A stretch of DNA of 34,286 nt, from NCBI GenBank assembly GCA_000934665.2, contig JYFJ02001050.1, forward strand, positions 62,001-96,286. Reading direction: 5' to 3'. The position numbers and the translations under genes were made by a program. A model generated the notes under the pieces. It did no database searches and was not told the DNA's origin. It worked only from the letters and a program-made list of their open reading frames with translations. Position 1 is the stretch's first letter. Every line of letters begins with the position of its first letter. Below, in pieces: positions 22,920 to 34,286 of the stretch. The DNA comes from Catajapyx aquilonaris (taxonomy: Eukaryota).

Positions 22920-23600
22920 GCTGTACATCCGCAGAGATATGTTGTGTAACAATGACTCTCTAATTTTGTACCAATGCAATATATTTGACATGGTTACATA
23001 AGCTTCTGTACTACAGTGCGGGAAACGAAACGGCAATCTGACATACATTGTTCTTTTTTGTTGACATTATTGTTTGCTCATACTGTTGTGTGAGGGTATT
23101 TCCATGGAAACCCCGATAATTGCAGTTTCATTTTCCGCACTGTATATTTATTTTGAAAATTCTTAACTTTTAAATAATCGTTTATGACAGGAATTTAAGT
23201 GCAAAAAGTCTCCACTGCACCTTCGCATGTTACTTTGCTCATTTTTAACAACAAGTCTACATGCAGTAATCAAATGTAGGTTTCAAACCCATATGTTAAA
23301 CTTTGCTGCAACAATGCCAAACTGTCGCTGAAAGACTCGTGCAATTCTGAAATGTTGGCCGTATATTTAAGATTTGTTTATTCCACACAAGTACTTATGA
23401 TGTTGACATACAGTAACTTTTAAGGAACTTGGTCCCTCGGAGGATGTAGTTATCAACGTAGCGCATGACAGCCTGAATTTGGGACTTCAACATCAGCAGA
23501 TCACTTTAGCTCCATCTTGCAGCTAACACCTGAAATCAACATGCAACTGGCGAATTAATCTCATCATCGTTCGCCGCAGTCGTGCTCATACCTATAGTTG

Positions 23601-23831
23601 CTAATATGGGCTTTCCCACCCTCCAGGTCCCCTCTTGTAGCCACTCATGTGGAACAAGTCGTTCTTGTCGTACAGGGGACCCCGCAGTGGTGAGTAGTAC
23701 TGGTACAGAACCTTGCATGTTGCTGCGCGGGGCACGGAAAAGTATTCCACGGCAACCTGGCTGATGGAGTCGCTGCGGCCTCCGTTCGCCTGCCTGGCTG
23801 CCAGCTCCTTCTCCTTGCTGTTATCTGCCAT
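23601..23831 (-). CDS. Unidentified small protein, 76 aa (MADNSKEKELAARQ...YYSPLRGPLYDKNDLFHMSGYKRGPGGWESPY)
   Basis: GCCATGG start context, strong G/C bias at third positions, and an upstream acceptor-like CAACAGCAG. A 61-nt GT-AG intron candidate (23531-23591) lies just after the stop, with AATAAA on - near 23147-23152. The ORF is divergent from UPRT. Confidence 0.55.
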   Translation of the reverse strand: MADNSKEKELAARQANGGRSDSISQVAVEYFSVPRAATCKVLYQYYSPLRGPLYDKNDLFHMSGYKRGPGGWESPY

Positions 23832-23974
23832 GGCCGGGTACCCGAAATTATTCTGCTGTTGATATACCAAAAGCGGTGCTTCAACTCACTGGAATAGAAC
23901 TGCTGAAAGTGTCGTTTGGGAAACCGACCATTGTTTGAAACACCCGCCGATTTGCACCTACACATGTACACCAC

Positions 23975-24110
23975 GATTCTGCGCATGCGTTGCACACATA
24001 CGCATGCGCCACACATGTGACTGTTCAAATTTCAAAATGGCTGCCTGCTATCTTTCCCTATTGAAGCCGCTTTAAACCGCCCATGTAGGCCGCCATCTTG
24101 CAGCTACGTT
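23975..24110. promoter_or_regulatory. Probable bidirectional promoter between the small ORF and UPRT
   Basis: NRF1/Ewg-like GCGCATGCG motifs at 23981-23989 and 24000-24009. YY1/Pho-like motifs in opposite orientations: CAAAATGGCTGCC (24033-24045) and GCCGCCATCTTG (24089-24100). Confidence 0.55.
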
Positions 24111-24289
24111 CAGGCGCGGACCAATCCCAGTGCGCGATTCGCCTCCACGTGACCGTCCAGATCCCCAACATGTCCGCCCATCTCCGGCTTCAAGTTTGGT
24201 GCATTGCACACCACACGTTGCATCGGGTTGGTGCTGCGCACCAGGGGTGATCCTCCCGGCCTTTTGGTGACAGCCGGTCACTCGGTGGG

Positions 24290-26040
24290 ATGGTGGCCGA
24301 GAGAGTGGAAGTGCAGCAGCAGCCGCAGGGAGAGATGAGCTGCGGATGCGCCAAGAACAAGTGCGACTGCAGCAGGCGCAAGCACAAGCTGGAGGAAGAC
24401 AATGCGGTGGTACCGCACGAGGAAGACGAGGTGAAGCAGCAGGTACAGCCAAGCAAGGCCAGCAGCACCTCGACGTCGTCTCCGTCCGACTCATTAGACT
24501 TCGGTGCCAACCTGAAGGTCCTGCCTGGAAACGACCAGATCAAGGAGATACAGACCATCATCAGGGACAGAAACACCACCAGATCAGACTTCAAGTTCTA
24601 CGCAGACCGACTGGTCAGTATAGTACGCACCGTTCAGGTACCATTTGAGTTGCACCAAAAATTGGTGCATTGAACAGCTGCCAGTAGCATTGCCACGTAG
24701 GCTAATTACCAAGCAGGTGGTACTTATGCAAGTTAAAGTGTGAAATCCGGGAATGCAAAAAGAGACGCATTATCAGTCCAACCTTGGAATAGGTTAACGC
24801 TCCAATTTCAATTTTATATCATTTGATTGACCTTCATGTCGACTGGTTTTTCGATGGCGATCCGGCTTTCCATGAACTTGAAGGGAAAGTGGTTTTAGTT
24901 CCGGGGGGAAAAAACAATCCTGTTGTCTGCGATGGCACAGATAAACATTTTGCCAAAGTGTCAATATCCAGCGCTAAACAAAAAAAATCAGATAAGAATA
25001 TTCTTTGCATCAGTCTTCATTCTCCTTATCTTGCATGACTACTGTGCAATCAGGGGGGCCTCTCTGCCCCATTTGAGAGGTCGTTAAACTGACGCCTTGA
25101 TTTTTATCGGGCGGACATTTCTTCCACTTTTGTTGCTATACGGACTGGCTGTAAACATTGTGCATCACAGTGATTGTGAGGAAGGCGTGACAATGGTGTC
25201 CTTTTTCCTGTCAGATCCGCCTGGTGATTGAGGAGAGTCTGAACCAGCTGCCATACTCCCCGATGACAGTGACAACCCCAACAGGATACGAGTACCATGG
25301 CCTGCGATACGAGAAGGGTAACTGTGGGGTGTCCATTGTGAGGAGCGGAGAGGCCATGGAGCAGGGGCTGAGGGACTGCTGCAGGTCCATCCGCATTGGG
25401 AAGATCCTGGTTGAGTCGGACGTAGACACGCACGAGGCCAGGGTCGTGTACGCCCGCTTTCCAGATGACGTTTGCAACAGGAAGGTGCTCCTCATGTATC
25501 CAATCATGAGTGAGTTAACTCGTCTTGATATGCAAAGAATTTTAGACGATCCCACTGTGACCTCATTATGCACCATCACAGTTGGGTCTATCAACTAGGC
25601 AGGAAGAAGTGCCACAATGTGTCAGGCACTTACTGAAAGGTTGTAGTACAGCATAACTTTCCCCAAGTTACGCAACAGATTGTGTACAATGTAAGATCAC
25701 GTAAAGGGGTGCAAAATATTTAAAATTTTACTGCCCATTATTATTCATGCAGCAGTAAAACACGCCAACTTGTATAAGGCATTGTTCAGATTACGTTTGC
25801 GCTTGTTTGTCAATGTCGCAAAATTATTTTCCAGGCACCGGGAACACTGTGATCAAGGCTGTGAATGTCCTGCGAGAGCACGACGTTCCAGAGGACAACA
25901 TTATTCTGGCCAACCTCTTCTGCACGCCACAAGCAGCTGCCATGGTCACTCAAGTTTTCCCGCAGATGAAGATTCTTACGTCAGAGGTCCATCCAATCAC
26001 ACCAAATCACTTTGGGCAGAAGTACTTTGGGACTGACTAA
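24290..26040 (+). CDS. UPRT: Uracil phosphoribosyltransferase homolog, 3 exons (24290-24613, 25215-25509, 25835-26040), 274 aa
   Basis: NDQIKEIQTIIRDRNTTRSDFKFYADRL/IRLVIEESLNQLP...CGVSIVRSGEAMEQGLRDCCRSIRIGKILV...LLMYPIM/STGNTV...PNHFGQKYFGTD is the animal UPRT type. AATAAA at 26041. Confidence 0.95.
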
Positions 26041-26873
26041 AATAAACCCAGGACGCAAATTGTACACAGATTTATTTACAGACCAAGTAACAGAAAAACA
26101 AAAAAAATGCACTCCAGGTCAGCAAAAAAAATGAGTGATTTATAAACATGTGGAGCTCAACTGTGCATCATGCGAATTATGCAGGTATTTCGACCACATG
26201 ACAATTGCATAAACATTAGACACTTGCGCTTTTCACATATTTAAATAACTAAAAAAACGCAAAATGTTGAAGGATATTGCGTATCGTTGTGCATAGGCAG
26301 TCATTGCTGTTACGTTAATTACAATGGCCGAATTTAGTTAAATAAAATAATGTTTACTTAACGAGAAGCCTTTCATTTCCAATTCTGAATTGAAACTAAT
26401 TCTTATTCGCTTCTAGCTAACCATTAGTTTCAGTCTTTTTGCATAGTCCCACGTCTTGGGACAATATTCCTGTGTTTGCACTTGCAGATTGAAATCATTA
26501 CAGCCTTGAGGCAATTATTGCACAGCTGGCAGAGAGAGAAATTAGACTAGAGGCAAGTGGCATCCATTTCCGCTCTTCACATTAATAATTGCAAAGAATC
26601 ATTGAGCTTAACTCAAAATTTGTAGCAAGAGCCATGAAATGAGCAAGTTATTATTTTTTTTAAAATTAACCCAACCTCTCGGAACAAGTCGAGTTTTAAA
26701 CAACCATAAACAACAAAGCAACGTTTCCCCTTCCACACATGCGAAGAAAAAAAAATTTGATATATAATATGATGATGGGCTCAGTAAAATTTTTCCACAA
26801 TAGAAAGTGTCCCAACTCACACAGTGGCAGTTGGATGCTGATTTTTTTCCCTCTGGTTTCCTTTCACACCTCA

Positions 26874-29800
26874 TCACTCTTCCTCTTCGCCTTCTTGTTC
26901 GTCTTCGTCTTCCCCTCCTCCTCCAACCTGCTCTTCTCCCTGATCCCCCTCGTCAGCTGGTGCCTGACGGAAAACACATGCCATTAGTTCAAGAGCTCCT
27001 GGCATGAACATTGTACCTTAGATTGTACCAATCAAGCCTTACAATCATAAGATCTAATAAACGTTTATTTTTAACTAGTGCCTCTTGCTTTCAACAGACC
27101 ACTGATACAGTTAAGACATGTCCATTGTGAAATTTTTGTTTGGAGGATAAATCAACCTATTCTGCAATCAGCGGTTTACAACTAGTGCTCTGATCATTCA
27201 ATTTCTATAATTTATTCCAAACCATGTGACACTAGGCTCCACTCTTGTGTGCAACCTTGGCTTTTGGACCAACAGTGCCTACAAGTGCATTTCTATCGCT
27301 CCTGCATGCATGCCCACACCAGGCTGTCAGCATCACCAGACAGCCCTCTTCAACAAGAACATGACCTTTCCCACCATGAGATCACCTGCCCAGTGATTCT
27401 TGACGGCTGGGTTATGTCTCATTCTTCCTCAGATGACGGATTAAACAATGGAATAGCCAAGGCATGTAAATGCTGGTTAGGTCAGGGAAGGTCTCCAGAT
27501 GCATTAATTCCTTATCAGTGCAAATCAATTCTTTTTGGTAGGTCAGCCACAGAAACACCGATGTAGGCACACAATCGGTGAGTGTGGCAAATATGTCATC
27601 TTACAGATTCTACCAGTCTTGCATTCAACTATTAAAGGGCTGGTTACATCACTGTGGGAATCTCAGACTCTTAATGCAAACGAACTCGAATCATTAGTGG
27701 TCTGGCTCAACTGGGTTCAGTTCTCTTTACATCACGCAGAGATTGGACACATTCATAATCCGACATTCCTGCGGAGTCCTCAGCCCTCAGTGGGCTGTGT
27801 GCTGACCTCTTGTTGACGTTAAGTACACTAAAAAAAATTATCGTATTTCACAAGGGGTGTACACAAGGCCACGTTTTAACATTAGTTTTAATCTTTGTCT
27901 TGAGGACATTGGAAAAAAAAAAATCTTGCCATGAACCTGCTTTAATGTGCTCTTTGACATCTGTTTGCTGGCTTGTGACAACCTTTTGCACATACGCACA
28001 TGGAGTCTGTATAGAAAGAGTTCGTTTTCTTTTTGAACAGCCCTGGTATAAGGACAACATGAGTGACAGATTGACACACATTATTGGCAATCTCCTGTTT
28101 GAACTACACTCTGGGAATTGAAAACTATTTCTATGAAGGGAACTCCCACATCATCCACTGTGTTCCCAGCCACATGGCTAGTTTACCCTGCGTGTCTCAT
28201 TTAGGTACTGCCAATGACAAATTCTAATTGCAACATGTTCAAAATCATGCCAGTGTCTGACTCTGAAGCACATTTGGGAACTTTGGTTTCCGCTAAATGA
28301 TCTCCCATCAAGTAAGGCAAGAAATCTGCAGGACACCTGTAGTTTTCTCCCACCCCAAAATTTTTTGTTGTTCACATATATTTGACAATGCCCACTGGAA
28401 AAATGAATGTTAGACTTTCAAACTAGGCTGAGAGAGCACATTACCTGCAGGCACTACTTGCAATTTTCAAGTTCCAAATAGCCCCAGATGGTGCTGTGAA
28501 CCAACAATTAATTTCAATTTTCATGGCACAGACAGACAATGCCCACGATTAACAAGCGTTTAATTAATTTGCAGAGTTTGCAAAACTAGTTGTAACACTC
28601 CATTTGAAAGGATGTCCTGCAAGTTGACATTATTAAGCATCTCTGCACCAGCAAGTAATAAGAACACCGGATGTGTCCTGTAGGTTCCCTAGTTTATACG
28701 TCAGGAGACTTTTCAAATGAACCAGAGTCAGGGTTTCCCATCTTTTCTTAGCAACTCACCTCGCCCCCAGCCTCTTCCCCTCCGTCCTCCTCCTCGCCTC
28801 CTTGCTCTTGGTCGGGCTCAGGGGAAGCAGCGTCTTCCACTGCATCCTCAGCTGCTGCTGCCACCACCGCCACTTCTTCTGCTGCTTCCTTCTCAGCTGA
28901 GGCCTCCCGACTGGACACGCCATTCTGGTTCACCTCCCCATTGTCCCCACGGTCTTCACTCCGCCTCTGAAGGTTCACCTGCGCTCGGGACACCTTCTCC
29001 ATCTTCAGGAATACTTCCAGCTCATCTGTCTCATTTGCAAGGTCAAACTCCTCGTAGTCCTAAAAAACAGAATGCAAGAAAGCACTTTAGATAAAGGTGG
29101 ACTGGGATATCAACTACTAAATGCAATGGCAGTTGTTTCACTTTTGATGCATCGTTTATGGGCATTGTTCAAAGTTGCAATGCATACATTATGACAAGAA
29201 CAGCCTTAGCAGGAAAACATGTCCATGCATTGCACACAAACATGTCAGTCTGACTCATTAATCTTACTTGTTGACCTCTTCCAGCCATATGTATAACATT
29301 GTAATCAGATTATGTGGAATGGATCATAGGGTCTGACGCAGCCAGCCATACGAGTGGGGGAAGTAAGTAGTGATTACTGCTTTACTATCCCACCCGACCC
29401 TAACATCTTGAGTGGATCAATCACTGGTCAATTTTTACATATGTATTACTAACGCATGTGCCTCAGATAAATTCATGGACTATATCAGATGTTCATAATG
29501 ATAACATTGGGCACTTCCAGCAGCACAACCCAATACATCCCAGTACAAGCAAGTGAACCAAGTCTCCTACTAGAATCTCCGTATGTAACCCATTCCAGTT
29601 GGTGTCCATTCAACTGCGCCTACTGTATTTCTTCAAGGATGGCACCCTACGTTGACAGCTCTGTTACATATCCAAAACAACAGGTTGACAAAAATTTCAG
29701 TACCATGTGACTGCATCAGACGTCAGGATACACCATGGCGGGTGCTCCAATGCTCTGAGAGCTTTCATTGAGCATGTATTCCTCACTTCCTCTGCTCAAG

Positions 29801-32248
29801 GCTATTAGTTTACTGCCACACACACATGCTGACGTACAAAAGCCAATTGGATTGGTTTTTCACCGCACTGTTAGCGGTACTACTGTCAACAACTAGTAAC
29901 TAACCCACCAGCAAGCTGACGTGCCAATACTGACTATCAGGAGAGGAAAAACCCAACCGATATAAACACCATCATGTGCCTCACATAGCAAAGTGAGCTC
30001 CAAGTTAAAACCCTGTGCATTGGGCAACAGGCAGAGTAAATTCCGCCTTGAAATTATCCACATAAATCCTGTAGCCACCACTTTAAAATGGGGGAAAAAC
30101 TCAACACCCACGCAGCTGTTCTGATAACATTCATTACAAAGAAGCTTATTACAGGCAACACAATCGCTTGGAGGAAATCCTTTTCGATATCAGCACTTTA
30201 TCAGCGGTGCCTTATCTATTTGGTGTCACGGGTAATGATTTTTCTCTGGCAAAAACTGAAAATCATGGCTAGGCCAGCAGTGCACGATTTACACTTGTTT
30301 GTGGAATACGTACACACTGACGTGAGCATCACATTCACCGAGGCCGTGGCTGGAGTGGAATGTAACTTACCCCACAATAGGCCTCTTCATTGAACATCTG
30401 AGGCGGGAGGGGGTGCTTGGAGTTCTTTGCATTGCTGTTCTGCTGCATAAAGTTCTTCTCGGACTCCTTCCCTGGTTCGGCGATGTCTACCACTTCGTAC
30501 TCGATGCACTTGCTGTCCAGGATCATCAGCACACGCTGCTGGTGCTTCTTCACCTGCAAACACAATACGCCAATGATTTCAGATAACGAGACTTCACATT
30601 GTCACAAACAATAGGCAGCCGCTTCAATGGGAACACTGGGTTGCACGATTCACTGAAGCAAAAACCAGATCTGTTGGTTGCAATAATAATAGTACCTAGT
30701 GGAAGAGACGCCGCAGCGATGATGCTATGCAATTAGTTCCTGCTACCGTAAAAACGTGTGTTTTCCAGGCAACTTCATTGTTATAGGTTTAATCTGTTCA
30801 TCTGATCTTAATCTTGGCATGCAGACATGGTGGGCCTGAACCAGCATGTAATTAGCATGCTTGTCTGCACCTCCCAGCCTCAAACGAGATAAAAGGAAAC
30901 AATTTAGTGGGTTTATGGGTCGAGGGCATTGTCCCTCCACATTTTCTTCTTTTCCCTGCCCCGGCAGAGGTTCTCAAACTTTTATTGCACCCAAGTTCAC
31001 CTGGTAGGAAGAAGTTCCTTGGATTTACTGGAGCAGTGACAAAGGAGATGGAATGCTAATCATTTACACTCTTTCCTTCTTTTTCTTCCCTTGAGAGAGT
31101 TTTGCCTCCATGGTCTGGCGAAGACGAGCCAAATTGGTTGGAGCCAATTTGGCCCCATTCTCTGGACCTTGGCCAACAGTCCGGTGGCTTCTCAGACCCT
31201 TACCAATGAATACCTTTTTTCCCCTCCCCCCACCCTCCTCAGGAGTTGCCACATAGTGCAAACACAAATCATCTGCAATCCCTTTTGATTTAACATCCCG
31301 AATCATTGTGGACCCACTGAGTCATTGGCATCCCACAATTGGAGCACTTAAATAGCGCAGAGTTGGCTGCTCCCTCGTTGCATAATTACAGTGCTACTCA
31401 ACCCACCGTAATGCTTATGACACATAAAGTAAACTTTCCATTGCTTCCTCAAGCTCTGCGGTTCAGCAATCCTATTCATACCAATCGCAGAAAACATTTT
31501 GAAAGTTGCAATGAACCGGAAAGAGTGAACAAACTTTCAAGGTATTGCTCATATTTTTAGTTTGACATGCACAACCTCCAATCATTAGTGGTAACTTATC
31601 AATAATAATAAATCATAATGGGACATACCCCCGTGTGTGAACTACAGGCCTTTTTCGGATACCACGTTGCAAACTAATGACTTTTACTGGTTCTTAAAAA
31701 TTCCTACCGTTTACCGATTTACCACGGAGATTAGTATTTACCAATACTAATCTCCGTGCGGTGCTCGACGTAACAAACAATTTTCTGTACTGTGACACGC
31801 GACAGGTAATGTGCCTATTAATACCGTATCATTAGAACACTTCTGTTCCATTTTAGCTACCTAGCCACAAGCTGCTTATCTCTAAGCAGCTAGTTGTTAG
31901 CTACCCTACAGTGGCTATTAAGATTAATATTAGAACTGCGCGTTGTTCCATTCAGGCCAGCCAACAATATTGGCAGCGTTGAATGGACCATCTGCTTGAT
32001 GCAACTTGGAAGCGGGACAGCCTGCATAACACTAACCCCAATTTAATCTCCAGCTACCTTTTTTTTCTCTCCCCAACTTCCCACCACCCTCGAGGTGTCA
32101 TGTCCTAGGCCTGGGAAAGAAAAACCCCAACTACGCCCCATTCCATTTTGTTTTTGTTTTTTTCCCCACTTTTTCTTTTGTCCCCACCCTGATGGAGCCT
32201 CACCTCCTTGTTCCCGGATATTCCGGAGACATACACCTTGACCACCAT
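26874..32248 (-). CDS. SH3BGRL: SH3 domain-binding glutamate-rich (SH3BGR/SH3BGRL) protein, 4 exons (32204-32248, 30371-30553, 28760-29059, 26874-26963), 205 aa
   Basis: MVVKVYVSGISGNKE/VKKHQQRVLMILDSKCIEYEVVDI...PLPPQMFNEEAYCG/DYEEFDLANETDELEVFLK followed by an acidic tail. All introns are phase-0 GT-AG. Confidence 0.92.
31601..31662 (-). mobile_element. Degenerate 3'-tail fragment resembling the SINE at 311-582
   Basis: AATAATAAT...AATGG..ATACCCCCGTG...GGCCT resembles the reverse complement of 525-582 (AATAATAATGGATACCCCGTG...GGCCT). Confidence 0.4.
31723..31758. repeat. Perfect 16-bp inverted repeat with 4-nt spacer
   Basis: CACGGAGATTAGTATT-TACC-AATACTAATCTCCGTG. Confidence 0.9.
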
Positions 32249-32662
32249 GGCTTTGTCCTTCAGCTGACACAACACGGAGGAACACTCGAGGGCATCGGAA
32301 TGAACAGGGAATCAGTCAGGAAAAAGGACAGCCACAATTTCGTTCGAAATGAAGTGACCCCGACCCGTTCAGGACGCCGACTGAAATGGAAGGATTAAAA
32401 AACGAACGGCCTAAGCGGGAAAGGGGAGGTTTCCGAACGGGATTGACCACACCCACTCACGCTGACGTCACACACGGCCGTCGACCGCCAACTTCAAATT
32501 GAACACCGTAATAAAATTCCTCCACCTTTAATCGTCATTACTACTTTTTAAAAATAAACTTCCCCAGTATAAATATAACAATCAGCGCCTGGCTGTACAA
32601 CTTGGTGCAGTAAATTATCTAGCAGTGAGTATCTCTCCCAACAGTGATCGTTGAGCTATTGT

Positions 32663-34005
32663 TCATGTCGGTTCCGGAGTGGTCCATCTCAATGAGTGGA
32701 CCAGGTTTTCCAGTGCGGTTCTGTAGTCGCTGGATGGGAAGCTGGATATGTCCTGGAGGGTCGTGAAGATCAGGTCCTCCATGAAGAACTGCGCTTCTTC
32801 CATCGCGTCACCGGACACAACCACTTCTTGAAGCTGGACAGAACAATGGGTTACACCAATGTGATTGTGAGCAAATAAGGAGGACTCACCTTCTTGTAGT
32901 CTACTCCGTTTTCTGAGAGGACAATGTCAAGGACTGATCTGGGATCGGTCTTCATCTGCAGTAGGACCGGAAGCGAGATTAGTGGGAACTCGTCGCTTCC
33001 GTCTCCGGCGCTCCTGAAGAGCTGTATGTCCGCATGCGCCTTCCAGGAGAGGACCGTGCCTTCCGCCACCTTCCCACCAATTTGGACCACGTGTGGGGCA
33101 TGGTCTGCCAGCATCAGGGCAGCCATGGTTGTCCCCGCAACAATAACCCCGTCCGAACCCGAGTGCCAGTGTCGCCACTTCTCCTCGGTCCAGTCAGTGT
33201 TCAGGCTGACCTCGCCCCTCTTCCCCCAGGGCTCCAGCTCAAACTCGGTGCGACACATCTCCTGCAGAGACTCCATTATGACAACAATGGCGCTGGGGTT
33301 GTCCAGCTCAGCCATGGCCATTGAAGCCACAATCTGGAAAAAGTCGCCGCTCAAGACTGTCAGCTTGAGCCTGCTTTTCATGTCCTCATCCATCTCAGAC
33401 GGCTTGGAGGATGTGTCTGGGTCTTCCGGCTCGTCAGGTTTTAGTCCCTGGTGCAGAAAGCAGCCCATGTGAAGCAGCTCAGTTATCTTCGCTACCGAAC
33501 GCTGCCTGCAATGAATAATCAGAATAACAGGCCACGCATGCTAATTAACAGCTCGATAAAAACGGACTCACTTTCCAGTGACCTCCAGTGTGTGCGTATC
33601 TGTATTAAGTTGCGCTGCAGCCTGAGACATCAGAAGCACCAGAAGGCCTCGGGCTGGAGCGCTGTCCAGCTGGCCAGACATTACTCCTCTACGAGAAATA
33701 AACCAGTTACCAATCAATCACATATTTACGATATGTGCAAATAGTGCGTACTTTGTGTACTGAACCAATGGATTGTTGATGTCGAGGCTATCAAGCGTGA
33801 GGTTCATCTGGCTGATCTCCTCGCTGCTTACGTCCTTCATTCCGCTCCCAAAGAAATCCGGGTAGTCAACCAGCGCCTTGCCCTCAGCCAGAGCCTGCTG
33901 GAAATCCAACTGGCGGCGGTGACGAGTCTGGAACTTCTGCACATTGCGAGTCAGTGCCCTGCGAACCCGGCTGGCCAGGTGGACCAACTTGCGCGCCGGA
34001 AGCAT
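32663..34005 (-). CDS. PDSS2: Divergent decaprenyl-diphosphate synthase subunit 2-like protein, 4 coding exons (33752-34005, 33572-33688, 32890-33505, 32663-32833), 385 aa
   Basis: AEGKALVDYP, RGLLVLLMSQAA, QRSVAKITELLHMGCFLHQGL, VLSGDF, ADIQLF and SLPVLL parallel PDSS2 motifs (EAEK.VGYP, RGLVVLLISKAA, QRSLAEITELIH, LSGDF). No DDxxD is present. Exon phases are consistent. Confidence 0.8.
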
Positions 34006-34286
34006 CCTCCACAAGTCTATTGTTCTGCAATGAAACAAGTGCATCATTAGTAATGAAGCTAATCACTTTTAAGTGAGACAGATATTACTCCCTGTAGGTA
34101 GTCTACTGCAGCATGTTACGAAATCAACTGGAAAAATTTCCCAGGCGATTCTCACTATCTGATTACCTTTTTAAAACATCACTGAGACCCTTTTGGGGCA
34201 TGCAGTACCTCTTAAAATAAATATTATTGCAGAGAATTGTCTGAAATGTGGGCTCACCCGACCCCTAAAAAGTACCGTTACATTGT

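Noticed and set aside
20800..23100. Active two-ORF transposon
   Set aside because: No terminal inverted repeats or TSD were found by eye, and catalytic residues are substituted in both ORFs.
29353..29395. pre-miRNA-like hairpin in SH3BGR-like intron 2
   Set aside because: Only about 40 nt with several bulges; too short for a miRNA duplex.

Overview
Compact, intron-containing eukaryotic genomic DNA. It is probably arthropod, judged from the tramtrack-type BTB gene and the short (about 55-95 nt) introns. From left to right it holds: the first two coding exons of a BTB gene (- strand, running off the window) with a V-domain tRNA-SINE in its intron; a fold-back element packed with TGACGTCA motifs; about 9 kb of non-coding DNA; a decayed, colinear tandem copy of ABCB7; GINS1/Psf1 with a GC-AG intron; intact ABCB7 with an intronless SETD4 nested on the same strand in intron 1; a head-to-head pair of intronless, catalytically eroded IS1595/ISXO2 (Merlin)-type transposase-derived genes; an unidentified 76-aa ORF divergent from UPRT; UPRT; SH3BGR-like; and a divergent PDSS2-like gene. 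The best novelty candidates are the domesticated Merlin-like gene pair, the SETD4-in-ABCB7 arrangement, and a roughly 212-nt intronic element retained in both ABCB7 copies. All exon structures were assembled by eye from splice signals and frame continuity. Family assignments rest on recalled motifs, not database searches.
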